DNA of 59,914 nt from Leucoraja erinacea (lineage: Eukaryota), in NCBI RefSeq assembly GCF_028641065.1, contig NW_026576313.1, positions 62,001 through 121,914 of the forward strand, written 5' to 3'. A program made the translations under genes and the position numbers. Under the pieces are notes generated by a model that worked only from the letters and a program-made list of their open reading frames with translations, made no database searches and was not told the origin of the DNA. Positions within the stretch are counted from its first letter, which is position 1, and the number at the start of each line of letters is the position of its first letter. This document shows positions 24,130 through 36,340 of the stretch, piece after piece.

Positions 24130-25215
24130 CACTGGAATTTGGCAGGATGAAAGGGAATCTTATCTACAATTCTTAAGGGGTTGAACAGGCTAGAAGTAGG
24201 GAAAATGGTCTCGATGTTGGGGAAGTCTAGAACCAAGGGGTCACAGTTTAAGAATAAGGGGTACGCGAATTAGGACAGATGAGGATTTTCATCTTCATCC
24301 TGAGTGGTATGAATCTGTGGAAATCTCGGCAACAGAAGGCAGTGGAGGTCAATCCATTGGATGTTTTCAAGAGGGAGTTAGATTTTGCTCTTAGGGCTAA
24401 AAGAACCGATGGATATGGGAGAAAAGCATGAATATGGTACTGATTTTTGAGGATCAGTCTTGATCATATGGAATGGCAGTGGTAGCTCGAAGGACCGAAT
24501 GGTTTACTCCTGCAGCTATTTTCTATGTTCTCAGTTTTCTCTAAAGATGGGGCTGGTTATATGGATGGGAAGGGAATGGAGGGTTATGGTCTGAGCGCAG
24601 GTATATGGGACTAGGGGAGATTATGTGTTCGGCACGGACTAGAAGGGTCGAGATGGCCTGTTTCCGTGCTGTCATTGTTACATGGTTATATGGTGTTATA
24701 TTGTTATATGGTTTCTGTGCTCTTCCTGTGCCGCTGAAGAAGCTGGCAGCTCATTCCTACAACAACTAAGTTACAGAGATAGGTTGAATAAGTTAGGTCT
24801 TTATTCTCTGGAGCGCAGAAGGTTAAGGGGGGACCTGATAGAGGTCTTTAAAATGATGAGAGGGATAGACAGAGTTGATGTGGACAAGCTTTTCCCTTTG
24901 AGAATAGGGAAGATTCAAACAAGAGGACACGACTTCAGAATTAAGGGACAGAAGTTTAGGGGTAATATGAGGGGGAACTTCTTTACGCAGAGAGTGGTGG
25001 CGGTGTGGAATGAGCTCCCAGTGGAAGTGGTGGAGGCAGGTTCATTGGTATCATTTAAAAATAAATTGGATAGGCATATGGATGAGAAGGGAATGGAGGG
25101 TTATGGTACGAGTGCAGGCAGGTGGGACTAAGGGGAAAAAAATTGTTCGGCATGGACTTGTAGGGCCGAGATGGCCTGTTTCCGTGCTGTAATTGTTATA
25201 TGGTTATATGGTTAT
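24130..25215 (+). mobile_element. Three CR1 3' ends: old family A-like (24130-24530), family B stub (24558-24712), family B (24758-25215)
   Basis: ORF2 C-terminal peptide in ORF 24682-25131; TTATATGG tails; ATTCC TSD at 24753-24757 / 25216-25220. Confidence 0.85.
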
Positions 25216-26084
25216 ATTCCATGCGCTTGGAGTAGCTCTGGTTTTTCGAGGTGTCTGAGGCGCCGGGGTTCGGGAGCCTCAGCAGAGGCCGTGTAAAGCG
25301 AGGAAATAGCGATTTTACGGATCGATAGATCCGGATTAAGGTGTCAGTGGAGTGGGCAACCTGAGGCCTGGCAGCTGCCAATCGTTTAGATTGGACATCG
25401 CTCAAAGTCGCTAAGTACGCAGGTCAGACGAGGCCTGCAGCGGCACGGAGCGGTATGTGGTGGAACGACATGAACAGCATTACCAGACCCGGCCAACCCC
25501 TGCAACTCAGACGCAGTGCCACCACCAGCACAATGGACCACGTGAACTCTCAGACATTTCTTCCATCTCTGAACTTCAAGGGAACAGTGGTGCTGGTAAC
25601 CTGGGGACACTTGGCTATTACCTCAGTATAATCTACTATTGCTCATCCATTTTACTAAGTATAATCGTGCCAATATGTAGTGGGATTGTGACTGAACCTC
25701 AAGCAAAAATGGAATTTCACTGACCCGAGGAACATGTGACAATAAAGTGCCATTGTACGAAAATTCTAAATTATTTATCAACGAAGGGAGGAATAAGTTG
25801 AGCAATGATAGTTGGAATTTAATCCTGATAGCAACCTGGTGATGTACTTTGTGAGAACTAATAAGGAAGCGGCATACACAGTCATTTATGATGCTTTATG
25901 GAGCAATGCAGGGAAATATTGGCGTATAAATCCACGGAACGTGAAAGTAGCAAACACAAGGTGGTGAAGGGGGCATGTCAGCCTTGGAGCGCAGGATGAT
26001 GAGGATGGTCTTATAGAGGTGTTCACGATCATGAGAGGAATAGATCAGGTCAACGCACAGAGAACCAAATACCAGAGGACATAG

Positions 26085-26940
26085 ACAAGAGACAATAGAC
26101 AATAGGTGCAGGAGGAGGCCATTCGGCCCTTCGAGCCAGCACCGCCATTCAATGTGATCATGACTGATCATTCCCAATCAGCACCCCGTTCCTGCCTTCT
26201 CCCCATATCCCCTGAATCCGCTATCTTTAAGTCCTATCTAGCTCTCTCTTGAAAGCACTCATATAACCTGTCTCCACCGCCCTCTGAGTCAGAGAATTCC
26301 ACAGACTCACCGCTCTCTGTGAGAAAAAGTGTTTCCTCGTCTCCGTTCTAAATGGCTTACTCCTTAATTCTTAAACTGTGGTCCCTTGTTCTGGACTCCC
26401 CCAACATCGGGAACATGTTTCCTGCCTCTAGCTTGTCCAACCCCTTAACAATCTTATATGTATCAATGAAATCTCCTCTCATCCTTCTAAACTCCAGAGT
26501 GTACAAACCCAGCTGCTCCATTCTATAAGCATATGACAGTCCCGCCATCCCCGGAATTAACATTTTAAATCTACGCTGCACTCCCTCAATAGCAAGAATG
26601 TTTCCTGCCTAGCGTGTCCAAACCCTTAAATCAGGGGACCAAAACTGCACACAATAGTGCACGTGTGGCCTTACAATAGTGCACGTGTGGCCTTACATTG
26701 AATGGCGGTGCTGGCTCGCAGGGCCTGTACAACTGCAGAAGGACCTATTTGCTCCTATATTCGATTTATCTTCTTATAAAGGTCAACATGCCGTTCGCTT
26801 TCTTCACTGCCTGCTGCACCCGCATGCTTACTTTCATAGACTAATGTACAAGGGCTCCCGGATCTCGTTGTACTTTCCCTTTTTCCAACGTGACGCCATT
26901 TAGATGGCAACCAGCCTTCCTGTTTTAGCTGCCACACTGG
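26085..26940 (-). mobile_element. Rearranged CR1 family A-like 3' fragment
   Basis: GACAATA tail repeats, RRF..LIPGMAGLSY..RRMRGD peptide, local 21-bp duplication at 26651-26693. Confidence 0.8.
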
Positions 26941-27289
26941 ATAAATGTGTGACGTTTAAAGCGGATAAATAGGTTCTACTTAAACCACACAGGTTTAGTT
27001 GAAGGGGAAGGGTTGATTTAATAGGAACTAAGGGGTAGCTTTTTGTACACAAAGAGCGGTGGGTGTATGGGAATAGATTATCACAGGCACGTGGATAGTA
27101 CAGGTTGATAGGGATATGGGCCAAATGCAGACAGGTGGGACTAACGCAGATAAGACATTTTGCTGTAGTGGGCAGGTTGGACCGGAAGACCTATTTCCAC
27201 GCTGTATGACTATGAGATACTTGCCAACAGTGGCTTTAGCATAGAACATGAGATCACTGATGGTATGGTGCAACATCATAAAAGACCAC

Positions 27290-30200
27290 CAACCCCGCGA
27301 CCTCCCCGTCTCCGACACCGAACGGTCGGTCCTCAGCAGAGGTCTTACCTTTGTCCCCCTCCGTCCCCACCTCAATGAATTCCGCGCCCACCACGAGATG
27401 GAGCTCTTCTACCGTCGCCTCGGCCTCACAGCGTTCTTCCATGGGAAGGAGTCCTCGCTCCCCTTTGATGATCCCCTTTTACCGTCTCCAACGTACCCCC
27501 TCCTCGTGGACCCCCCCGCCCCCCTCGTGGCCCTCGGGCTTTAGAACTTTTATCCAAAACTTCGTCGCGACATCAACCGCCTCAACTTCTCCATTCCCCT
27601 GTCCCACTCCAATCTCCCCCCCCCCACCCCCCCCCCCCCTCCCCTTGAACGTACTGCCATCGACGCACTCCGCAACAACCCAGATTGGGTTATCAAACCC
27701 GCCGACAAGGGAGGTGCCGTGGTAGTCTGGCGCGTTGATCTCTACAAAGCTGAGGCCACGCGCCAACTCTCGGACACCTCCTCCTACTTACCCCTGGACC
27801 ATGACCTCACTAACGAACACCAGGCCAATATTTCTAGCACCATCACCAACTTCATCAACTCCGGCTCCGTGCCCCGCCGAGCGTCCACCTCATCGTTCCC
27901 CAGTCCCGCACGGCACGATGTTACCTTCTCCCCAAAATCCACAAACCTGAATGTCCTGGTAGACACATTTCGTGCCCTACCGAACTTCTAATTAGTTTTA
28001 AAAGAATCTTAAGAAATAAATTAGAAAAGCTAAAAGAAGATATGAGGTTGCTTTGGCAAGTACGGTGAAAGTAAATCCAAAGGGTTTCTACCGCTATATT
28101 AATAGCAAAATGATAACGAGGGATAAAATTGGTCCAACAGAGAGTCAGAGTTGACAGCTTTCTGCAGAGCCAAAATAGGTGGGGGAGATATTGAACAATT
28201 TCTTTCCTTCGGTATTCACCAAGGAGAAGGATATTGAATTATGTGAGGTAAGGGGAACAAGTAGAGTAGCTATGGAAACTATGAGATTCAAAGAAGAGGA
28301 AGTACTGACACTTTTGAGAAATATAAAAGTGGATAAGTCTCCAGGTCCGGACAGGATATTCCCTAGGACATTGAGGGAAGTTAGTGTAGAAATAGCAAGG
28401 GCTATGACAGAAATATTTCAAATGTCATTAGAAACGGGAATAGTGCCGGGGGATTGGCGTACTGCGCATGTGGTTCCATTGTTTAAAAAGGGGTCGAGTG
28501 AGTCGATGTCTAAGAGTAAACCTAGCAATTATAGACCTGTTAGTTTGACGTCAGTGGTGGGCAAATTAATGGAATGGATACTTAAAGATAATATATATAA
28601 GCATCTGGATAAACAGAGTCTGATTAGGAACAGTCAACATGGATTTGTACATGGAAGGTCATGTTTGACTAATCTTCTTGAATTCTTTGAAGAGGTTACT
28701 CGGGAAATTGATGAGGGTATAGCAGTGGATGTTGGATATATGGACTTCAGTAAGGCCTTTGACAAGGTTCCTCACGGAAGGTTGGTTAAGAAGGTTCAAT
28801 GGTTGGGGATTAATGGTGGAGTAGCAAGATGGATTCAATAGTGGCTGAATGGGAGATGCCAGAGTGCAATGGTGGAAGGTTGTTTGTCAGGTTGGAGGCC
28901 AGTGATTAGTGGGGTGCCACATGGATCTGTGTTGGTTCCACTGTTGTTTGCCATGTACATCAATGATCTGGATGATGGTGTGGTAAATTGGATCGGTGAG
29001 TATGCAGATGATACTAAGATAGGTGGGGTTGTGGATAATGAAGTAGATTTTCAAAGTCTACAGAGAGATTTATGCCAGTTGGAAGAGTGGGCTGAAAGAT
29101 CGCAGATGGAGTTTAATGCTGATAAGTGCTACATCTTGGCAGGACAAATCAAAATAGGACGTACATGGTAAATGGTAGGGAATTGAAGAATGCAGGTGAA
29201 CAGAGGGATCTGGGAATAACTGTGCACAGTTCCCTGAAAGTGGAATCTCATGTAGATAGGGTGGTAAAGAAAGCTTTTGGTGTGCTGGCCTTTATACATC
29301 AGAGCATTGAGCATAGAAGTTGGGATGTAATGTTAAAATTGTACAAGGCATTGGTGAGGCCAATTCTGTAGTATGGTGTACAATTTTGGGCGCCTGGAAG
29401 GATGTCAACAAAATAGAGAGAGTACAGAGGAGATTTACTAGAATGTTGCTTGGGTTTCAGCAACTAAGTTACAGAGATTTGCAAATTTACAGGTTGATCA
29501 AGTTAGGGCTTTATTCTTTGGAGTGCAGAAGGTTAAGGGGGGACTTGATAGAGATCTTTAAAATGATGAGAGGGATAGACAGAGTTGACGTGGATAAGCT
29601 TTTCCCACTGAGAGTAGGGAAGATTCTAACAAGGGGACATGACTTGAGAATTAAGGGACAGAAGTTTAGGGGTAACATGAGGGGTAACTTCTTTGGCTGT
29701 GGTGGCTGTGTGGAATGAGCTTCCAGTGAAAGTGGTGGAGGCAGGTTCGTTTTTATCATTTAAAAATAAATTGGATAGTTATATGGACGGGAAAGGAGTG
29801 GAGGGTTATGGTCTGAATGCGGGTATATGGGACTAGGGGAGAATACGTGTTCGGCACGGACTAGAAGGGTCGAGATGGCCTGTTTCCGTGCTGTAATTTT
29901 TATATGGTTATATGGTACCTCGTGACAGTGAAATTATTAGCTTTTGCATGCAATCTGTTAAAATACAGACCTCGCCTCCACCATGGCCAGAGTGAGTCGC
30001 ACCGAAAATTGAAGGATCAGCACCTCATATTTCACTTGCGTAGTTTGTACCCCAGCGGTATGAACATTGACCTCTCCAATATCAGGTATTCCTTGCTGTC
30101 TCCCTCCTTCCCCGCCCCTTCCCAGCTCTCCCACATCCCCCTGTCTCCGCCTCTTCCTTGCTTCTTCCCGCTCCCTCCCCCACATCAGTCTGCAGAAGGG

Positions 30201-30386
30201 TGATAACATCACTTCAATACCAGACACAATAACATCACTTCAATACCAGGCAATGTAATGAAGAAGGGTCTCGACCCGAAACGTCACCCATTCCTTTTCT
30301 CCAGAGATGCTGCCTCACCCGCTGAGTTTCTCCAGCATCTTTTGTCTACCTTCGATTTTTCCAGCATCTGCAGTTCTTTCTGAAAC
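27290..30386 (+). mobile_element. Penelope-like element remnant (N-terminal ORF 27290-27990, 3' end 29970-30386) interrupted by a CR1
   Basis: SDTERSVLSRGLTFVP, IKPADKGGAVVVW, PKIHK and HRKLKDQHLIFHL peptides; terminal GAAGGGTCTCGACCCGAAACGTC and CCAGCATCTGCAGT. Confidence 0.85.
27996..29915 (+). mobile_element. CR1 family B, RT region to 3' tail, with stops and frameshifts
   Basis: KSPGPD, NYRPVSLTS, QHGF, DFSKAFD, GVPHGSVL and YADD motifs; TTATATGG tail. Confidence 0.93.
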
Positions 30387-30440
30387 AATCATTCTCTATT
30401 GTTCAATGTACCTCGGATCAGTGAAATGCCTTGGTTTTGC

Positions 30441-30644
30441 NNNNNNNNNNNNNNNNNNNNNNNNNNNNNNNNNNNNNNNNNNNNNNNNNNNNNNNNNNNN
30501 NNNNNNNNNNNNNNNNNNNNNNNNNNNNNNNNNNNNNNNNNNNNNNNNNNNNNNNNNNNNNNNNNNNNNNNNNNNNNNNNNNNNNNNNNNNNNNNNNNNN
30601 NNNNNNNNNNNNNNNNNNNNNNNNNNNNNNNNNNNNNNNNNNNN
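30441..30644. other. Assembly gap (N run) followed by poly-C
   Basis: 204 N bases. Confidence 0.99.
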
Positions 30645-30657
30645 CCCCCCCCCGGAC

Positions 30658-30706
<49 letters not shown>

Positions 30707-30761
30707 TATATATTTTCTGTAATTTCAGATTGTCGACAGTGGGTGCAGAATACCCGCCGAC

Positions 30762-31590
30762 CATAGAAACATAGAAACATAGAAATTAGGTGCAGGAGTA
30801 GGCCATTCGGCCCTTCGAGCCTGCACCGCCATTCAATATGATCATGGCTGATCATCCAACTCAGTATCCCGTACCTGCCTTCTCTCCATACCCCCTGATC
30901 CCCTTGGCGACAAGGACCACATCTAACTCCCTCTTAAATATAGCCAATGAACTGGCCTCAATTACGCTCTGTGGCAGAGAGTTCCAGAGATTCACCACTC
31001 TCTGTGTGAAAAAAGTTCTCCTCATCTCGGTTTTAAAGGATTTCCCCCTTATCCTTAAGCTGTGACCCCTTGTCCTGGACTTCCCCAAATCGGGAACAAT
31101 CTTCCTGCATCTAGCCTGTCCAACCCCTTAAGAATTTTGTAAGTTTCTATAAGATCCCCTCTCAATCTCCTAAATTCTAGAGAGTATAAACCAAGTCTAT
31201 CCATCTTTCTTCATAAGACAGTCCTGACATCCCAGGAATCCTACTGGTGAACCTTCTCTGCACTCCCTCTATGGCAACAATGTCCTTCCTCAGATTTGGA
31301 GACCAAAACTGCACGCAATACTCCAGGTGTGGTCTCACCAAGACCCTGTACAACTGCAGTAGAATCTCCCTGCTCCTATACTCAAATCCTCTTGCTATGA
31401 AAGCCAACATACCATTCGCTTTCTTTACTGCCTGCTGCACCTGCATGCCTGCCTTCAATGACTGGTGTACCATGACACCCAGGTCTCGCTGCATCTCCCC
31501 CTTTCCCAATCGGCCACCATTTAGATAATAGTCTGCTTTCCTGTTTTTGCCACCAAAATGGATAACCTCACATTTATCCACATTATACTG
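30762..31590 (-). mobile_element. 5'-truncated CR1 family A inserted in the THAP exon
   Basis: CATAGAAA tail at 30762; near-identical to 3331-4080; CGAC TSD at 30758-30761 / 31591-31594. Confidence 0.95.
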
Positions 31591-32305
31591 CGACATGATC
31601 TCCTACATCGAACTGCGGCGTATTTGTCACATAACTGCCGTCTTTGTTCTGAGCATTTCGAACTTAGCCAGTTTTCCAACAAGCAGACCAAGAACAGGCT
31701 AGTTTGGGATGCAGTTCCAATGCTCTTTGACATCCCTAACCCTCCGAAACAACTGTATACTCAACGCAGGATACTTGAGAGGAACAATGAGAACCTTCCA
31801 TCTTCACCGAAGCCTTCAAAGCAGCAAAGGGGCAAGTAATTTTTAAATAAACATTTTAATTTCTCTCTTTTGCAAAATCTATCACAATGTAATATCCTAA
31901 CTGATACAATTGTCAGTGGCACAATATGAAATATCATGTATGGCACTAACATTTTCATGTGTGAGATCTTTCAGAACATTCCAGAGCTAACGCCGGATCG
32001 CCGCTTGCCAACCACGTGACTCGGTGGCATGCGAACACCAGCCGTGGTGAGAGGAGCGGTCAAAGAGGGACCCTGACTGGGACCGGAGCAGCGGACAGCC
32101 GCACTGAGCAATGCATCCTGGGACAAAGTTTTGCGCAAATCACAATTTTACTTACAATTTTTGTAGCATGAATTAGGTATCACACATTGATTTAAAATGA
32201 GAATTACCAGTAGATGCAAATTTATTTACATGTATATGCATATGCTAAATCCATTTCATTTGTATACCTCTTTTAAGCCCTTACTAATTTTTTTTCCCTT
32301 GGCAG

Positions 32306-34417
32306 TGTCACACAACACACAGACCGACCATTCTTACTGCTTAGCTGCGGACCAGATTCGTGAGAATGCTATTCAATTCACACCAGTTGTAAATCACAGA
32401 AGAGCTCTGAAGAAGGAAAGACAGCGTACTTTCCGCCTCAAGAAAAGGGTGCAACGGATGAAGAAATCAGCGAAAAGGGGAGCTACAGAAAGCTTGATCA
32501 GTTTAGATTTTTTACAAGAGCCAGTAAAGTCTTTTTTTGAATCACAATTGCGGAATGCGCCAGGGCATAGAGGTGCAAGAGGAAGACGATGGGATTATGC
32601 AGACAAGATACTTGCCTTGTCCCTCTGCCACAAGAGTCCCAACACATATCAGTTGTACCAGCGCATATTCACACTTCCATCAATTTCATCGCTGCATAGA
32701 TGGTTGTGTAATGTCGAAGTAAGACCAGGATTTCCCACTAAGATCTTCGCGCTTTGGAAGGACAGGGTAGCAGGCATGTCAGAGACTGATAGAGTCTGCA
32801 CAGTCTCCTTTGATGAAATGAGTCTACGTACAGGCCTCTCGTACAATATTACAGAAGATTCAGTTGAAGGTTTCGAGGACTTTGGATCGCTAGAGAAGAC
32901 GTCACGGCCTGCCAACCATGCTCTTGTTTTCATGATTAGAGGCCTGTTTGGGAAATGGAAACAACATGTGGGTTACTTTCTGTCGCGAGACTGCACAAGG
33001 GCGGACAAACTGCAAGCATTACTCAATGAATGCTTGCATAAGGTTAAGGCAATTGGACTACAGCCTAAGGCCGTGGTTTGTGACCAAGGCCCAAGCAATG
33101 TTCGGTTGTACAACAACTTGGGTGTGACAGAAAAACATCCTTTCTTCTTCCACGGGGAAGCCAAGATCTTTTGCCTGCATGACCCGCCACACTTGCTAAA
33201 AAACACCAGAACAAATTTGGAGAAGTATGTTTTTGAGGTAACAGAAGAGGATGGCGGAAAGAAACATATCAAGTGGGCACATATTCGCGCATTTTATGAA
33301 AAGGATTCACAGTTTCCCGTTAGGGAAGGCCATAAACTGACCAGAGCCCACATTGCTCTGAACAGCTTCTCCAAATGTAGAGTCAACAAAGCAGCGCAGG
33401 TGCTCAGTCATTCGGTGTCAGCAGGCGTGTTAACCTATTCAACTATGGGACAGTTGACTGGGGGTGCTGCTTATACTGCGGATTTCATTGCAATGATAGA
33501 TGGACTGTTTGAAGCATTTAACGGCAGGAGTCTCAAGACAATAAAAAAAATTGAGGAGGCCCATGTCTGAAAAATCGGCGCATTGGTCATTCTTTGAATC
33601 ATGCTTGCCTGTACTGCAAAGCTTAAAAGTGCTTGGAGTGAAAAATGTATTGATTGTCAAAGGATGGCAGCTTGCAATTTCTTGCATTACACAGCTGTGG
33701 CAGCACATAAAGGAAAATACAGACGCTTGTTTCATGCTCACATCCAGGGTTAATCAGGATGTCGTTGAGAATTTATTCGCGACCATTCGGCGAAAGGGCG
33801 GATTCCGAGAAAACCCATCAGCAAAGGAATTTCGCTGTGCTTTAAGAATGGTCATGGACTGATAAAGCCATCTCTAAGTGCAAACTGTAAACCTGACGAT
33901 GCTAAATTTCTCTTATCACTGCAAACACTGACAAAAGACAGTCAATAAACCATCTCCATCTATCTCCCATCACAATAGGGAACAACAGAACACTGTATTT
34001 TGCAGTACGTCACTTGACCTCCCGGAAGAGAACACACTGGCTTACATCGCAGGCCACATCTGCCGTAGATTCCTCACCTCTCATGAACTGATCTCAAAAT
34101 GTCACATATGCAGAGAAGTTCTGCTACGACCTGATATAGCCTTAGTTGATCCTACCCTCATATTCATCCACCATAAGGCATATGACACATCGACATCAGA
34201 CTTCGGCTCCTTGATGGTGCCTTCAGAACAGTTTCTCGCATTCTGTCAGGTGTGCGAGAAAGTGTTCCGCACAGAATTCGACAATGCTAACATGACCAGG
34301 AACAACATCTCCAATCTAATAAATACAACGATACACAATACTAAGGAATACAAGACATGAACTTATGCTGCCTGAGTCAAGGCGCAAATTATTGTAGCTA
34401 TCTTCGTCAGTGTCCGC
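32306..34417 (+). pseudogene. P-element transposase main exon (frameshift at the A-run ~33543-33550, stop/frameshift ~33860)
   Basis: ORFs 32197-33570 and 33551-33862 carry the RNase H-fold D/D/H/E motifs; downstream IKPSLSANC and LAYIAGHIC continue in shifted frames. Confidence 0.9.
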
Positions 34418-35238
34418 CCGGAAGTGGCGGCGCGGCTCTGGCTGCAACGGCTCATCGGCAGTCCTGTTTGTTTTGTGTTTTTTTGTGTTGTTTATTTTGT
34501 TTGGTTAGTCTAGTTTTTGTTTTTTTTAGTGGTGTGTTTTGTGGGGGGGGGGGGGGGTGGAACGGGGTGTGCAGTCTCTCCCTGCGGGGGGAATGCGACT
34601 TTTCTGTCGTATTCCCCTTCTCTGCCTCCGTCGGCACTGAGGCCTAAATGGAGCTGGCGACCTCGAGGCTCCGGAGGCAGAGACCGTCAGGACTTGCCCT
34701 GAGTTGGCTCCCGTGAGGGCGGTCCGGCACAGGAGAGGAGCGGCCAGCCCGAGATGGAACGAGGCTCCCGTCGGAGCGGCCGAGCTCGGGGAGGTGCGGC
34801 GCTCGCAGCCCGAGGGAGGTTCGGCGCCCATGTCGGGGCGGCCCGGCCCGAGGCTGAAGTCGACAGTTATTCACGTGAGGGTGGCTGGGACGGTGTTCTG
34901 GCGGCAGTGGCCTGAGTCAGGGGTTCGGCCGCGCAGGTCTGGGTGGGCTGCAGCTACGACCACCCCGGGCCGCGGTGTTGAGCCGCGGGTCTGTTATAAC
35001 ATCGCCCGGGGGGGGGGGGGGGGGGGTTATCGCCTCAGCGCAGAGGGTGAAGAGGATGGAAGAGACTGCAGACCTAAGACTTTTGCCTCCATCACAGTGA
35101 GGAGATGTTGGTGGCCTCACTGTGGTGGATGTTAATATGTGTTTATTGTTGTTTTTTATTTTATTGTATGTATGACTGCTTAAATTTCGTTCAGACTTCG
35201 GTCTGAATGAAAAATAAAAGGCTATTCTGTTCTATTCT
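34418..35238 (+). mobile_element. Non-coding GC-rich retroposon with a Rex1-like 3' tail
   Basis: Interrupts the transposase between ..VSVR and IHYGLK. Starts CCGGAAGTGGCG; ends AATTTCG-hairpin-TGAAAAATAAAA-(CTATT)n. Confidence 0.65.
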
Positions 35239-35486
35239 ATTCATTATGGACTCAAATCTATATTACTAAAACTATGTTCTTGACCGGATTTGGCTTTCTG
35301 TGCTGCGGTTTCCGAGAGTACGCCGCCGTCATTTTTGGCCACCTCGCTTAGAGCCCCCCTCCGCCGCATGTGTGCCGAGGATTTTTCCCGTCGATGAAAA
35401 TTGACAGAGATATTAATGTTTTTACACCATTCCCCATTCTCTCTGCTGCCCCTGCTGGAAGGAGGGAGAGGGACTATAAAACCAGG

Positions 35487-35590
35487 AAGTGGTGTGCCTC
35501 AATCAGTCTCTGCAAGTGGTGTGCCTCAATCAGTCTCTGAAAGTGGTGTGCCTCAATCAGTCTCTGCAAGTGGTGTGCCTCAATCAGACT
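35487..35590 (+). repeat. 27-bp-type tandem repeat (AAGTGGTGTGCCTCAATCAGTCTCTGC), ~3.7 copies
   Basis: Direct inspection. Confidence 0.9.
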
Positions 35591-35721
35591 ATGAATGACA
35601 CTGACAAATGTCTACAGCACTGTGAGTACGCTTAATTTGGTTTGAAAATGAAAATATGGTTAGAGGTAAAAAAGCACAGCCTGCAAATGGTTGTTTGGGT
35701 TTGGGTTGAAGTAAAAAGACA

Positions 35722-36340
35722 CTCTCCCCCCCCCCCCCCCCCCCCTCTCCCCCCCTTCCCCCCCCCCCCCCCCTCTCCCCCTCCCCCCCCCCCCCCCCCC
35801 CCCCCCCTCCCTCTCCTCTCCCCCCTCCCCCCCCCTCCTCCCTCCCCCCTCACCCCTCCCCCCCCCCCCTCTCCCCCCCCCCCCCCTCTCCTCTCCCCCT
35901 CCCCTCCTCTCCCCCTTTCCCCCTCCCCCCCCTCTCCCCCCCCCCCCCCCTCCCCCCCCCCCTCCCCTCCCCCCCCCCCACCCCCCCCCCCCCTCTCCCC
36001 CCACCCCCCCCCCTCTCCCCCCTCCCCCTCCCTCTCTTCTTAACCACCTAACTTATAATCACCCCCGCCTCTCATAGCCCCCTCCACCACCCTACAATAT
36101 TTATATTACCCTTCCCCCCTCCCTCTCCCCCCTCGCCCCCCCCCCAATACCCTCCCCCCCCCCTCTCTCCCTCTCCTCTCTACGCCACAGCACCCCCCCC
36201 CCCCTCTCTCCTCCCCCCCCCCCCTCTCTCTCTCTCTCTCTCCCCCTCCTCCCCCACATATACGTGAGCGCGGGAGGGGGGTAGTTAGTGTGTGACGCTG
36301 CATGGCGACCCCCCCCCCCCCCCCCCCCCCCCCCACACAC
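35722..36340. repeat. C/CT-rich low-complexity tract inside the Helitron
   Basis: Nearly pure polypyrimidine (G-rich on the minus strand). Confidence 0.9.

Noticed and set aside
30390-30430. SLLFNVPRISE as the first THAP exon (cf. LSFFRFP)
   Set aside because: Short, no clear donor or CxxxxC, and separated from the THAP exon by a gap; not supportable.
30307-30855. ORFs spanning X runs
   Set aside because: Created by the N gap.
32197-33570. Domesticated host THAP9 gene
   Set aside because: Frameshifts, three TE insertions in coding sequence and a TIR-like end indicate a dead transposon copy.
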